Shown: one piece after another, positions 41,736-56,398 of the stretch
Position numbering within the stretch: position 1 is the stretch's first letter
How the letters are laid out: every line of letters begins with the position of its first letter
From: the human T2T-CHM13v2.0 reference genome, Homo sapiens
Length of the DNA stretch: 64,000 nucleotides
Assembly (NCBI GenBank): GCA_009914755.4
Contig: CP068257.2
Location: 30,624,001-30,688,000, forward strand
Direction of reading: 5' to 3'
Notes under the pieces: model-generated
The model's input: the letters and a program-made list of their open reading frames with translations, nothing else
Told to the model about the DNA's origin: nothing
The model's database searches: none
Made by a program: the position numbers and the translations under genes

Positions 41736-44489
41736 TCAAGGTATAAGTGGGCCTGGTTTCGTTCTGAGGCCCCTTGCAATTGTCAATGGCCATCTCCTCC
41801 CTGTGTCTTCACATCATCTTCTTTCTGTGCCTCGGTGGTATCCCAACCTCCTCTTCTTATGCAGACACCAGTCATCTTGGATTAGAACCCATTGTCATGG
41901 CTTTTTAACCTAATTATCTCCTTAAAGATCCTATCTCCAAATACAGTCACATTCTGAGATACTGGGGGTGAAGGCTTCAACTTAGGAATTTGGGGGAGCA
42001 CAATTCAGCCCAGAATAGTGTTATTTGCACAGTGTTGTACACACCTGGGAGACATGTGTACAGCAGTGTACACAGAAACATCTGGAAGTACACAGGTGGG
42101 TGCATGGTGTGGGGGATGTCTTCGTGATATTTTGATATAAGAAACATGTAGAGTCATGTGTCACTTCACAACGGGGTTACATTGTGATAATTGCATCGCT
42201 AGGTGATTTCGTTATTGTGTGAACATCAGAGAGTCTACTTACACGAATCTAGAGGGCACGGCCTACCACACACCTCGGCTGAACGGCCTAGCCTATTGTC
42301 TCCAAGGCTATAAACCTATTGTTACTATGCTGAATACTGTAGGCAATTATAACACAATGGTAAGGATTTATGATAGTATTATGATATTATTAGTGTTAGA
42401 TATAAACATATCTAAACATACAAAAAGCACAGTAAAAATACACTATAAAAGATTTTTTTAAAAATAGTACATCTGTATAGGGCCCTTACCATGAATGAAG
42501 CCTCCAGGCCTGGAAGTTGCCCTGCATGAGGCAGGGAGTGGTGAGTGAATGCGAAGGCCTAGGACATTACTGGACACTACTGTAGACTTTATAAGCACCA
42601 CACTTAGCCTATACTAAATTTATTTATAAAATAAAGTAAATGTGCAATGATGTTATGTTGGCTACGGTGTCACTAGTGATAGGAATTTTTCAGCTCCATT
42701 ATAATCTTATGTGACCACTGTTCTATATGGAGCTGGTCATTGATGGAAGCATTATTAGTCAGCATTTGACTGTATTTGATCTTTGTCCCTGGTAGCACAG
42801 AACTCATAAAACTTGCAATATCTGAGTAATGGGGTAAGAGAAGCATCTTCTGTTAATCAGCATAAGCCACTTTCAACTCTACCTGAGTTTATGCCAATGA
42901 GGTGGGGGCTGGTTGTCAGAGGAACCAACCATATATTAGAGGGTTGCAATGTTCACTCCCACCCTGGAAAGGGGAGAGAGGCTGGGGATTGAGTTCATTC
43001 ACTGATAGCCAGTGATTTCATCAATGGTGCCCACATAATGGAATATAATAATCATCTAGATGGCATAGCACATGATAAAACCCTACAAAAACCCTCCTCA
43101 AGGGGCTTCAGAGAACTTCCAAGTTGGTGAACACATTGAGGTGCTGGGAGGGTGTGCACCTGGATCAGGCGTGGAAAAATCCGTGCCCTTTCCCACACCC
43201 TGCCCCATGTGTCTCTTCCACGTGGCTGTTCCTGAGTTGTATTCTTTTATGACAAACCAGTCATCTAGTAAGTGAACTGTTTGACCTGAGTTCTGTGTGT
43301 GAGCCATTCTAGCAAATGACATAGTGTCAGGATTGAGTTACATTGTAGGACACCCAGCGAGTGTCTACCAAGAATAGGAAATTGCTTGGTATGGAAAAGC
43401 CCACAAGTCTGGCGTCAGAAATGTACGGTGTAGCGGGAGCAGAGGTTTTATTTTACTTTTCAAGTAGATATTTTGCCCCTCACTTGGGAAACACAAGAGC
43501 CTCATTCCTCCCCTTCTGGTCAACTGAACTACCCTCAAAGTGCTCCCCAAGGAATGCCTCAGGCGTGGCAGGCCTCAGCAAAACCAGCGGAGGGGCTCAA
43601 GTTATCTGGGTGGACTGTCTACACTGTCAATACCCAGGTTTACTCTGATACTGTAGACCTGAATCAAGAACACAAGAAAGCTGGGCGTATTGGAGGGAAA
43701 GGCCATGTAAGCTGTGTGTTTTGGCCTCCTAATTCTCAAAGGCTAAATTCTAGGGTTCCTCTCACCTGTGGTCCTGCTCATTCCAGATGTTCAGAATGTT
43801 CCTCTTGTTAGTGTCTGAGGATCTCAGAGGAGGGTGTGTAATTTGGAGTCAAGCTCTACAGAAACCCAGAAGAATCTGCGTCACGTGTGGTATCAGCCAA
43901 GAGCTGAGTGGACTCTATTTCCCAAGAGCTTGGACCACATGGGGTTGTGTCAGAGATAAACAGCCTTTTGAGTCTGAACAAATGCAGCCGGCTGGTTGGT
44001 TCTTGGGGGGCTTAGATATAAGTGGAGAGGTGCACTCTGTTGGGGCAGGGGGCTCTCTTTTGGTTTTAATTAACTGGCTATGAGTACATGACAGAGGTTT
44101 ACAAGTTCACGGCTGGCATCACTCGATTTCTGCCCTCAGATATTGAATCTAAGCCAGCAGTTTGGTGGTTGCTCAATAGCATCCAGAATTGCTTAAATGT
44201 AAGTCAAGGGCACTGTCGGGCTTACATTTTGGTTCTTTTAACTTTTCAAGTATTTAAGACAAAAAGCGATTGTCTTTCCAGCCCTATTGGGCATCTTCTA
44301 AGGGGCCCTGGGCGACTATTTCCCGCCCAGCTCCCTGTCCTCACACAGAGAGGGATCCTAGGGCTGCCCTGGAAAGCCGTTCTCCTGCCTCTCTGCTCTG
44401 TGTGCTTTGGAGTTTTATCAAGAAGGGGCAGATGGGAAGCTCTGCTGGATGCTGGCGTTGTGAGACACACCCCCCTGACCTTTCTTCCA

Positions 44490-44757
44490 GCCAAATAGCT
44501 CTGATAAGTGGGCAGACCTTGAGCCTAGAGACCCACAGACACACTTGGACGATTCCTGCAGAAATCAGTGAGGCAGTCTCCTCCCAGGGGCTTGGCGCCT
44601 GGCTCGAGGCGAGGCTGCCGGCCCGGACGCTGACTGCCCAGTGCCACAGACATGGCCAACGGGACCAACGCCTCTGCCCCATACTACAGCTATGAATACT
44701 ACCTGGACTATCTGGACCTCATTCCCGTGGACGAGAAGAAGCTGAAAGCCCACAAAC
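44490..44757 (+). other. MRAP: MRAP exon 3 (5'UTR + first coding segment); 5' boundary uncertain (candidate acceptors ending at 44489, 44560 or 44586)
   Basis: Polypyrimidine/AG acceptors upstream of the ATG; donor C|gtaagt at 44758. Confidence 0.6.
44652..44757 (+). CDS. MRAP: MRAP coding exon (exon 3): [35 protein letters not shown] + 1 nt
   Basis: ATG at 44652; 35 codons + C; donor gtaagt at 44758. Recognised as the melanocortin-2 receptor accessory protein N-terminus (YEYY motif). Confidence 0.92.
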
Positions 44758-45002
44758 GTAAGTCTGAACTAGGGAAGCCGGTCAGACAGAGGCTGGGGGC
44801 CGGGGCCCAAATGACTGGGCACTCCCGGCTTTCTCTGCATTCACTTACTAACTCCGGTAGACATCATGGGAAAGCAGGAATGTGGCCAGTTCACTCATAG
44901 ATATAAATGAATGGGGCTGGGAGAGAAACTGTATTTGCTAACTTCTGTAATAAGCTTGGAATTAACCTGCTAAGTCACGAAGACACTTTGGAAGCAGAAT
45001 TT

Positions 45003-45309
<307 letters not shown>

Positions 45310-45798
45310 GAGAATATTCTTTTAAAGATAGATTTCTTGTTTAATTTGTTTGGGGCTCCAATAAGCTGAGCGAGTTTCCTCAAATTAAAGATTTGCCTTT
45401 TCCACTGTCTGTATTTAGATTTGGGACAGTTATTCTCTCCATCCCTAAAATGCAGATTTAATGATTTTTACTAAAATGCCAACATACGTTTAATCTTCAT
45501 AGTCTCAGCAAGGACAAACCAGCATGACTTCACTTCTTTTTGCTCATCTGCCCTCGGGTTCCTTATCTCTTGGCTAACGTGGCATGTGTGGACAATCTTC
45601 TCTGAGGAGTCCAGCTACTTGATCACAATGACAAATTAGATGCGGAAGTGAGCATGAGAAACAAAACAAAAACAAAGCCTGGGAAGATTGGGTCTCAGCC
45701 CTGGAAACCCATGCGCTACCTATCCCGTAGGAAGTCTTAGCTTCCTTGGGTTTTCACTCACTATAATCACATACTGTCTGTCAAACAGTAAATGCAGG

Positions 45799-45970
45799 GC
45801 TGGGTGCAATTGCTCACGCCTGTAATCCCACCAACTAGAGAGGATCACTTGAGGCCAGGAGTTCGAGGCCAGCCTGGGCAACACAGTGAGATCCCATCTC
45901 CACACACACACAGAAAAAGTAAACGCAGACCAGGCATGGTGGCTCATGCCTGTAATCCCAGCACTTTGGG
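45799..45970 (+). mobile_element. Alu fragments (monomer + 5' 50 nt of a second Alu) abutting the minisatellite
   Basis: ggctgggtgcaattgctcacgcctgtaatcccaccaactagagaggatcacttgaggccaggagttcgaggccagcctgggcaacacagtgagatcc...accaggcatggtggctcatgcctgtaatcccagcactttggg. Confidence 0.8.
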
Positions 45971-46675
45971 ATTACGTCGTATGTCAGATGCGTCATGTGT
46001 CATGCATCCTATGTCAGGGGCGTCACGCGTCCTATGTCAGATGTCACACATCCTATGTCAGGGGCGTCACGCATCCTATGTCGGATGCATCACGCGTCCT
46101 GCGTCGGATGCGTCATGCGTCCTATGTCAGATGTTTCACACGTCTTATGTCAGGGGCGCCATGCGTCCTATGTCGGATGTGTCACGCATCCTATGTCACG
46201 TCATGCGTCGCATGTCAGATGCGTCACGTGTCCTATGTCAGATGTTTCACACGTCATGTCAGGGGCGTCACGCGTCCTATGTCGGATATGTCACGCGTCG
46301 TATGTCAGATGCGTCACACGTCCTATGCCGGGGGCGTCACACGTCCTATGTCGGATGTGTCACGCGTCCTATGTCGGATGTCACGCGTCCTATGTCACGC
46401 GTCCTATGTCAGGGGCGTCATTCGTCCTATGTCAGATGTGTCATGCGTCCTATGTCAGGGGCGTCATGCGTCCTATGTCGGGGCGTCATTCGTCCTATGT
46501 CAGTGTGTCGTGCGTCCTATGTCAGGGGCGTCATGCCTCCTATGTCGGATGTGTCATGCATCCTATGTCAGGGGCGTCATGTGTCCTATGTCGGATATGT
46601 CATGCGTCCTATGTCAGGGGCGTCATGCGTCCTATGTCGGGTGTCATGCATCCTATGTCGGGGCGTCATGTGTCT
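45971..46675. repeat. CpG-rich minisatellite (~30 copies of a ~23-24-bp unit, consensus approx. GTCAGGGGCGTCAYGCGTCCTAT alternating with GTCGGATGTGTCACGCGTCCTAT) in MRAP intron 3
   Basis: Direct reading: cgtcatgcgtcctatgtcaggggcgtcacgcgtcctatgtcggatg... repeated over ~700 bp; produces the periodic 309/266/238-aa pseudo-ORFs (45792-46721) in three frames. Confidence 0.95.
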
Positions 46676-46881
46676 ATGTGTCATGATATATCGTGTATGT
46701 CATATCAATGATATATCATGATTTCAAAGATGTATCATATTTCATATATCATGATATATGATATGATATATCGCATATGTATCAGATATATCAAATATAT
46801 CATATGATATATATCATATCATATATCCATATATATCATGATATATCGTATATGATATCATATATCATATGATATATGATG
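46676..46881. repeat. AT-rich tandem repeat (ATATCATG / TATATCATATGA-like units)
   Basis: tcatgatatatcgtgtatgtcatatcaatgatatatcatg...atatcatatgatatatgatgg. Confidence 0.9.
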
Positions 46882-47019
46882 GCTAATTTCTTTGTATTTT
46901 TAGTAGAGACGTGGTTTCACCGTGTTAGCCAGGATGGTCTCGATCTCCTGACCTTGTGATCCACCTGCCTCACCTTCCCAAAGTGCTGGGATTACAGGCG
47001 TGAGCCACCACGCCTGGCC
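46882..47019 (-). mobile_element. Alu fragment (reverse; Alu 5' ~140 nt)
   Basis: ctaatttctttgtatttttagtagagacgtggtttcaccgtgttagccaggatggtctcgatctcctgaccttgtgatccacctgcctcaccttcccaaagtgctgggattacaggcgtgagccaccacgcctggcc. Confidence 0.85.
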
Positions 47020-48720
47020 CAATTAGGATGGATTGTAAAATGTTTGTGCTTATGCTCTGATGTGTGATGTGTGGGTTAGCACCATGCCCTTGGTGCTTTC
47101 TCATGATAGTGAGTGAGTTATTAGGAAATCTGGTTGTTTAAATGTGTGTGCCATCTCCTCTTTCTTCCTCTTGCTCTGGCCATGGAAAGTGCTGGCTCCC
47201 CCTTTGCCTTCTGCCATAATCGTAAGTTTCCTGAGGTCTCCCCAGAAGCAGAAGCTGCCATGCCTGTTTCCTGAGGCCCTGCCTGAATTGACTAATTACA
47301 TGTTTGATCTTCATCTGTGCCCTTTTCCGAGGCTAAGCTTAGAAGAAAATCAATCTTACAGCAGCAATACAGATTATTCTAACATAGTGAGTCTCCAGAT
47401 ACCAGCCTAATGCTCCCTTTCAGAGAGTAGGATGGGCTGATTTCCCTTGAGTAGTGCCTGGCTTAATGCTCTATTATTTACCTCTCAGGTCAATATATCT
47501 GCTTCCCTTTAGTTATGGGTTAAGAAGAACTGGTCATAGTCCATATTGACCTCTGCTGTCATGGTGGTTCAATGAGACAGTCTGTTCCTCTGCTTCTCTG
47601 AGCACAGGACGCAAGAGAACAAAATGACACTGTCAACCAATTTCTCTGCACACAATGTAGAAAATTCAAAGTATAGATTAAACAAAACGACTACATAAAA
47701 CTCTTTTTCTCTCATTCAGAGCAATCATATTCAGGGCATGACATAAGTAGTGAAAGTAATTTTTAAACAAAGATAACAGAATGTGTATCTGTAAATGAAT
47801 TTCCATCAAGGTAGCACCAGGGGCAGGTGCAACACTTGAATGACTCTACTGTTGCTCAACAACTTCTTGAACTGATGTTGTTGGGTGGCCACAAAACATT
47901 CTAGCAAACATCTGTGGTGATAAATTGTGTATATCTTTTGAGGATGAATTTTCTTTTTGGAAATAGTTAAGACTGACCCAGAAAAAAGTCAGGTTAATGA
48001 AATGGGTGATTAAGCTGGTTGATACCATCTGGATGTCATAAATAAACTATCTCACAACATAGCAAAATTGTGTCTATGTGTGAGTCCTTGAAGGTAATTC
48101 CAAAAGAAGAGACCTGTAAGTATTTGATGAATATATGTGTTTTAGTAAGAATTCTATGACTCCATGGTAGAGAGAGGATGATTATTTTGAAGGTCACCTT
48201 TCATTTGGATTTTTAAGTTCTGGTACATTCATTGAGAAAGTCCGTTTCTTTGCTGACTTGGTAAAGAAAATGGATTACAACTAACAGAGTACCAGATAAA
48301 ACAGAAGTTAGTTTATCTCAGTCTACAGGACTGGGCTAGTGAGGTGGCTCCATGGAGTCCTTAGGAACTCACATCCTTCTAGCTCATTGCACTACCATCC
48401 CTGGGACATGGCTGCCCTCATCCTCAGGTTGCAAGCCATGCTCTGACCATCACATCCGTGTTCACGGAGCAACATGGAGTAAGGGAATAAGAACGGACAC
48501 ACGGTGCTAGAAGTCTAGTAACCCCTGGAGGGAGGCTCCTAGAAGCTGTCCTGTGATGGCTCCACTCATATCTCATTGGCCAGAACCTTGTCACATTGTT
48601 CTCTGAAAAGGAGGCAAGGAAACATAGTCTTTAACTCAGGCGGCCAAGTGTCCTGCTAAAAGCAAAGGTTCTATCACGACGGAAGCACACAAGGGCTGAC
48701 CTTAGAGTTGACAGTAGTAA

Positions 48721-49043
<323 letters not shown>

Positions 49044-49295
49044 ACATCTTGATTTTCTGCTGGAACTCTGGAACCCAAACGTTAGTAGAATGAAGAATGG
49101 AGGAATGCTAAAACTGTTTATTTAACAAAACAGAAGTGTCTACTATAAGAATGAACCCTTAGATTGGATTAATTTGTTAACTCCAAGTTAGGATAAGAAT
49201 CCTCCCAAGATGAAGTGCAGCCTGGCCATGCCATCCAGAACCATTCCTGTCACTCCGCTGCTGAGGACTAATTCCCCTCATTCCACCAGTGTGGA

Positions 49296-49405
49296 CCCAG
49301 AGGGGAAGGAGAGAAAGGAAGGAGGGAAGAGAGGAGAGAGGGAAGGAAAGGAGGAAAGAACAGGCAGGGAGGAGAAGGGAGGATAGGAGAGAGGAAAGGA
49401 GATAA
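49296..49405. repeat. purine-rich (GGAA/GAGG/GAAA)n low-complexity tract
   Basis: gaaggagagaaaggaaggagggaagagaggagagagggaaggaaaggaggaaag... Confidence 0.85.
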
Positions 49406-50094
49406 GTTTCTATGGCTGGACCACTTTCATTGTCAACCCAGCCTGGGGCTCCCTGTTGGGAAAACCAGCCTAGGGATGTCTAACTATTTCTGACACTGGA
49501 GAGTCACACAGCTCTTGCTTTTGGAATGAAATGTTCTCTCCAAGCACTTGGGTGAACCTTCAGAAGGAAGAGGAAAAAGAATGATATTCTCTTGCCTATT
49601 TTTTTTCAACAGAACATGATGAAGGAGATTTTAGTAAAGAAAATGACTATTGGCTGACGATTGCCTTTTGGTCTGACAAAACTTAAACTCCACTTATATG
49701 AAGACACTGCGTTCTGTGAAACCTGTCATCTTATTTCTTGCTCAATAGCTGGGGATGACGATAAGGACTCAGACAAGTGTCAGTCTGGGAGAAAGGGGCT
49801 CTCAGGTGCTGAGTTTGAAGCTGTTCCCTTAGATCCCTGGTAGAATTTATGTAGGTGCTATAAGACCTCAAACCCTGCACTATTTTTAGGAAGGAAAAAG
49901 AGCATTAGTGTCCGCAGAAACCTAAAATATCCCTACAGAATAAAACTTCCAATCCCATTTTCTGACAGCATATGCACTCTTTTACTGTAAGGGTTGTAAA
50001 ATAGATGGTAACTCTTCGGGAGTGTAGGACAATGCACAGGGGGTGGGCAAGGAAGGCTAAGAGAGTCAGAGGCTTCTTTCAAAAATCCTTAAGC

Positions 50095-50436
<342 letters not shown>

Positions 50437-50699
50437 CCTTTTAAGCTTAGGACACACAGTTCAACCTCATTTCCCTTTCCCCAGGAATCCAGAGGTGCTC
50501 TTAAACAGTTCCCTGCTCTAGGGGACTGCGTCAGTTTCTCAGCTCGGAGACAGACAGGAGAGACATGAGAGCCAGCCTGGGGGTCTTTGCTGTCCCTGCC
50601 CCCGTGGAGTGTAAATGCCAAGTTGCTGATGAATTACAAGGCAATGGATGCTCATGATTCTTTCGCCAATACTGTGCCTTTTCATTATACCCTGTTTTG

Positions 50700-51047
<348 letters not shown>

Positions 51048-52397
51048 TAATGTTACATTTTAGGGTCCAAGATCAACTCTTATGAGTCCTCAGTTTTTCC
51101 TGCTATCTCTCAGGGGTCGTAGATGGCAGAGATGACATCCTTTACTCAAATACCAATCTTCACCCCAGAGCCTCCACCTCTGCCTCTATGTAGATTACTC
51201 TCACTTTATTCATTCTTTCAGTGGTTTGCACGTTCTCTCATTCATTTACTCACAGTGTTAGTGCTGGAAGCACTGCAGAAGTTCAGAGGAGGAGGAGGTT
51301 GGGGGTGGAACATTGTGGGTGAATGAGGGGAGTTAGCAATTTCTAATGTGCTGGTTTAGCCCCCTCTGAATCCTGAACAGTCCCTCGCAAAAGGCGCTCA
51401 ATGAATTCTCGTTAGGTTATCATCCTCTAATAGCGCCTTTTGGTCACACACATAGGCGTCTAGAATATCTCAGCTTGTGACATCTTGGCATTACGCAGTT
51501 GGTCTGGGATAAGACACTTGCAGACCCTAATTACGAGCCGGATTGCCCACAGCCACAGACAACCACCAAGAAAAACTGTCGTGCTAGAAAGTAGTTCCAT
51601 AGCAACTGGCCTAACATTCCCAAACTGGAGCCTGGAGAAGGAAAAAGGCCCCTCCTGGCCAGCCAGGTTCTACCCAGGGCCCCAGGGGGGCTAAGTGTGT
51701 TTCCTGGTTTCCCTTTCCCCCTTCAGCCTCAGGCCACAAATACAGCCATCATGCTGGTAGCAAAAGTGCTTTTTCCTTCCTGCCACAGCCCCTGAGATGA
51801 GACTTCCTGCCTGAGAGAGGGACTCGCTATTTCCACCTTGCCGATCCAGGCATGAGCAGACCTAGGCTAACTCCCGTAGAGCAGAAAGGGCCTCCCCACC
51901 GGAGCGCTGTAGCCCAGCGCACATCCTCCGCAGGGTATCAACTCCTGGGGTCTCTGAAGCTGTTCCACCAACGGCCCCTGGTAGGCGCTGCATCCCTCCC
52001 GGGGGCCCAGGAGTCCTTCCTAACACACAGAGCTGCCCACAGCCCTCTCCTCTCCCTCCCATCCTTCAGGACTGTTCCTCTGAGCACCACTAGGAGCCGG
52101 GCAAGCAGATGCATGGGGTGGGGGGGCACACAATTCCATTCAGTGTTTCCTCTTAACAATCACCCTAAACAGACCCCGTGGCCAGCTGCCCTGAGGAAAA
52201 AAACACTTCTTGGCTCCCCTGTTCTTTCCCAAAGTTATTGTTAATGGGAGATCTTCCCCATGGTAACAGCTGAGAGGCTGGAGGACAACCGAAACTCAGG
52301 GCCCTCATTCCACAATACCCTGGGACTCCTTACTGCCCCTCAGCGTTGCTTTATGTTGACATAACCCAGCGCTGAGATGCATCTCCTCCTCCCGCAG

Positions 52398-52497
52398 ATT
52401 CCATCGTGATCGCATTCTGGGTGAGCCTGGCTGCCTTCGTGGTGCTGCTCTTCCTCATCTTGCTCTACATGTCCTGGTCCGCCTCCCCGCAGATGAG
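52398..52497 (+). CDS. MRAP: MRAP coding exon 4 (100 nt): (H)[32 protein letters not shown] + AG (transmembrane segment)
   Basis: Acceptor ctcctcccgcag| (AG 52396-97), donor AG|gtgggtaag (GT 52498-99). Phase 1 in, phase 2 out; joins exon 3 (C+AT=His) and exon 5 (AG+G=Arg) or exon 6 (AG+C=Ser). Confidence 0.92.
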
Positions 52498-53049
52498 GTG
52501 GGTAAGAAGGGGTGTGAGTCTGTGGGTCACTCAGACGCTCTCCAGTGAGTAACAGTGCAGGTTGAGTATCCCTCATCCAAAATGCTGGAGACCAGAAGTG
52601 TTTCAGATTTGGGATTTAAAAATATTTGCATTGTACCTACCAGCTGAGCATCTCAAATCCAAAAATCCGAAATATTCCAGCGAGCATTTCCTTTGAGCCT
52701 CATGTCAGTGCTCAGTATGTTGCAGATTTTGCAGCGTTTCAGATTTTCGGGTTTGGGATGCTCAACCTACGTCCCTACAATGGAATAGTATTCAGCAATA
52801 AAAAGGGATGGAGTTCTGATCCATGCTGCAACATGCATGAACCTCAAAAACATCATGCTAAGTGAAAGAAGACAGACACAGAGCTGCATGTTGTATGACT
52901 CCATTCACACAAAACATCCAGAGTAGGCAAATCAAATTCTGTAGAGACAGAAAGCAGATTAGCAGCTGCCTAGGTCTGGGGGGAGAGCGGGGAAGGGGGA
53001 GTGACTACTGATGGGTTTCTTTTGGGGATGATAAAAATGTTCTAAAATT

Positions 53050-53352
53050 AAGCTGGGCGTGGTGGCTCACGCCTGTAATCCCAGCACTTTGGGAGGCTGA
53101 GATGGGTGGATCACTTGAGGTCAGGAGTTCAAGTTACCAGCCTAGCCAACTTGGTGAAACCCTGTCTCTACTAAAAATACAAAAATTAGCCGGGCGTGGT
53201 GGCACGCACTTGTAATCCCAGCTACTCAGGAGGCTGAGGCAGGAGAATTGCTGGAACCCAGGTGGCGGAGGTTGCAGTGAGCCGAGACTGTGCCACTACA
53301 CTCCAGTCTGGGCAACAGAGTGAGACTCCGTCTCAAAAAAAAAAAAAAAAAA
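53050..53352 (+). mobile_element. Alu SINE (AluS/Y-like) with TSD gttctaaaattaagc
   Basis: agctgggcgtggtggctcacgcctgtaatcccagcactttgggaggctgagatgggtggatcacttgaggtcaggagttcaag...a(20); TSD copies at 53035-53049 and 53355-53369. Confidence 0.9.
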
Positions 53353-53368
53353 GAAGTTCTAAAATTAA

Positions 53369-53646
53369 GCCAGGCCCAGTAGCTCACACCTGCTGTAATC
53401 CCAGCACCTTGGGAAGCCAAGGCAGGAGGATCGCTTGAGCCCAGGGGTTCGAGACCCTATCTCCATAAAAAATATCAAAAAGTTAGCTGGGCATGGTAGT
53501 GCGCACCTGTAGTCCCGGCTACTCAGGAGGCTGAGGCAGGAGGATCACTAGAGCCCAGCAGGTCAAGGCTGCAGTGAGCTGTGATTGCGCCACTGCACTC
53601 TAGCCTGGGTGATAGAACAAGACCCTGTCTCAACAAACAAACAAAA
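53369..53646 (+). mobile_element. Alu SINE (older, AluJ/Sx-like) sharing the same flanking repeat agttctaaaatta
   Basis: gccaggcccagtagctcacacctgctgtaatcccagcaccttgggaagccaaggcaggaggatcgcttgagcccaggggttcgagacc...; flank repeated again at 53647-53660. Confidence 0.9.
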
Positions 53647-53823
53647 AGTTCTAAAATTAGATTATGGTGATGGTTGCACAACTCTATGGATGTACTGAAG
53701 ACCACTGAAATTGTACTCTTTAAATGAGTCAACCTCATGGAATGAAAATATATCTCACTAAAGCTGTTAAAGAAAATGAAGCCAACTTGACACCATGGGC
53801 ATTAAGTCTTGCCGGCCAGCTCA

Positions 53824-54187
<364 letters not shown>

Positions 54188-55190
54188 CTATGGCCAGCAT
54201 CTGTTCTCAGATGCCTGCTGTGTGCCACTAAATTGGAGGTGAAATCCAGGAGTTTTAAGGAGTAATTGGAACCCACCTTGTTTTATGTTAATTCTGTTGT
54301 GCTAGAGGATTGGCTGACACATCCAATGTTCCCTTCTAGGCTAATCAGCCCTCACAGCTGCTGCTCTCCTAATGACTGTTCTTAGGAGGGACCCTATATT
54401 TTGCCATCGCTCACCCGAAGAGGGCCTGTCCAGTGGCTGGCCCATGCCCTTGGAAACGTGTGCCCTGGCAAAAGAGCTGGGACTGGTCAGATTCTCATCT
54501 TTGGAATTTGGAATCTAGAACCTGAGGGATGGACCTGGTGGCTATGGGGGCTGCACTGATTGGTCCAGGAGGAGGACTAGGGCTGGGTGCCATTATAGAC
54601 CATTATGTCCATTACGGACGGAAGTCTTGGGGACTGGAAACCCTAAGTGTAGGAAGCTGGTCAGCAGAGAGATGAGCCAAACTGTGCTGAGGAAGAGCTG
54701 AGTGGCCTTGGAGCCCCTGAGCCAGTGCGTCCCATGCCAGGTCCCGTGAAGAGCCGTGGACTCGCGCATTGGCACAGCGTCTTAGTGTTTTCTGTTGCTG
54801 TAACAGAATACCTGAGGCTGAGTAATTTATGAAGAAAAGAGGCTTATTTAGCTCATGGTTCTGAAGGCTTAGAAGTCTAGGAAGCATGGCACCGACATCT
54901 GCTTAGCTTCTGGTGAGGGCCTCATTTTGTAAAAAGATCTAATTCAGTCTAGAGAAAAAAAAAACTCATTACCTCTTAAAGGTCCCAGCTCCCAGTGTTG
55001 CCACACTGGGGACCAGGTCTCCACGAGTTTTGGTGGGGACAAACCATACCACAGCCCAACATTACCTTGAAGGGGCCTCTGATTCTCCTCCCCGCCCCTG
55101 CCTGCCCTGCCCGTGGTGTCTCACCCACCAGGGCTACACTCGCCAGGCCATTTCCGCTCACCTTTGGTCACATATGGAAGGTAGCTTTAG

Positions 55191-55690
<500 letters not shown>

Positions 55691-56398
55691 AAATCTGTTC
55701 TTTTCTTTCAGTTTTTAGAACTCACATTCAATTTAAGCACATTTTTATACCCAAGACACATCTGAGGGATAAACGAGTGATGTCACCTTTCTTTACTACT
55801 CTTCTGAGATGACCTGCAGCCGCCCTATGCCAGGGAAGATGCAAAGATCCCTGGTCTGGTCCGGCAAGCCCAGGGGCTGCCTCCACCACGCCCAGCTCCC
55901 TGGGGGGCACAGGCCTTCTGGGCTATTTCACAGGGGCAAACTGATGACACTATACATCCTGACCAGCTACATGGCTTACTAAAGAAAATGCTCTCAAGGC
56001 ACTTGGTAACATTCCTGGAATGCTCAGGGCGGCAAAGTGGATCCTCAGCAAGATTTAGGAGTCATTCCCTGAGGAGCTGACACCTTCCCATGATGGGGGG
56101 GGGAGGGGAGGAGGGAGGTGGGGAGAGCATTCTTAGGCGAGTGCCATCTGAAAGGATGGCCTCTGCCCAGTGGGTTCATCACTTGGTACTCTTCATTTGT
56201 GCCAGCGCTGTAACCACATTTAAGTCGTTTTATACATCATCTCATTTCATCCTGAGGATATCTGTGAGCCAATATTGTCCCATTTTATGGATGACGTTAA
56301 AGGCAGCTGGGAAGTGGTGGCCAGAGCTCACTCCAGATGGCCATGTCCACTGCCCCAGCACTTCCCGGGCAGGAGAATCCACCCAGGGAGGACACATT

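Noticed and set aside
45792-46721. The three largest ORFs in the track (309, 266, 238 aa), all on the + strand in overlapping frames
   Set aside because: Their peptides are perfectly periodic (…RPMSDASRVLCQ… every ~8 aa), mirroring the 23–24-bp minisatellite unit. They lie in an MRAP intron and have no start context. They are repeat artefacts.
52498-52555. Read-through of the MRAP exon-4 donor giving ...[22 protein letters not shown] as a possible third isoform
   Set aside because: The donor AG|GTGGGTAAG is strong, so retention is unlikely to be a major product. It is mentioned only as a theoretical truncated form.
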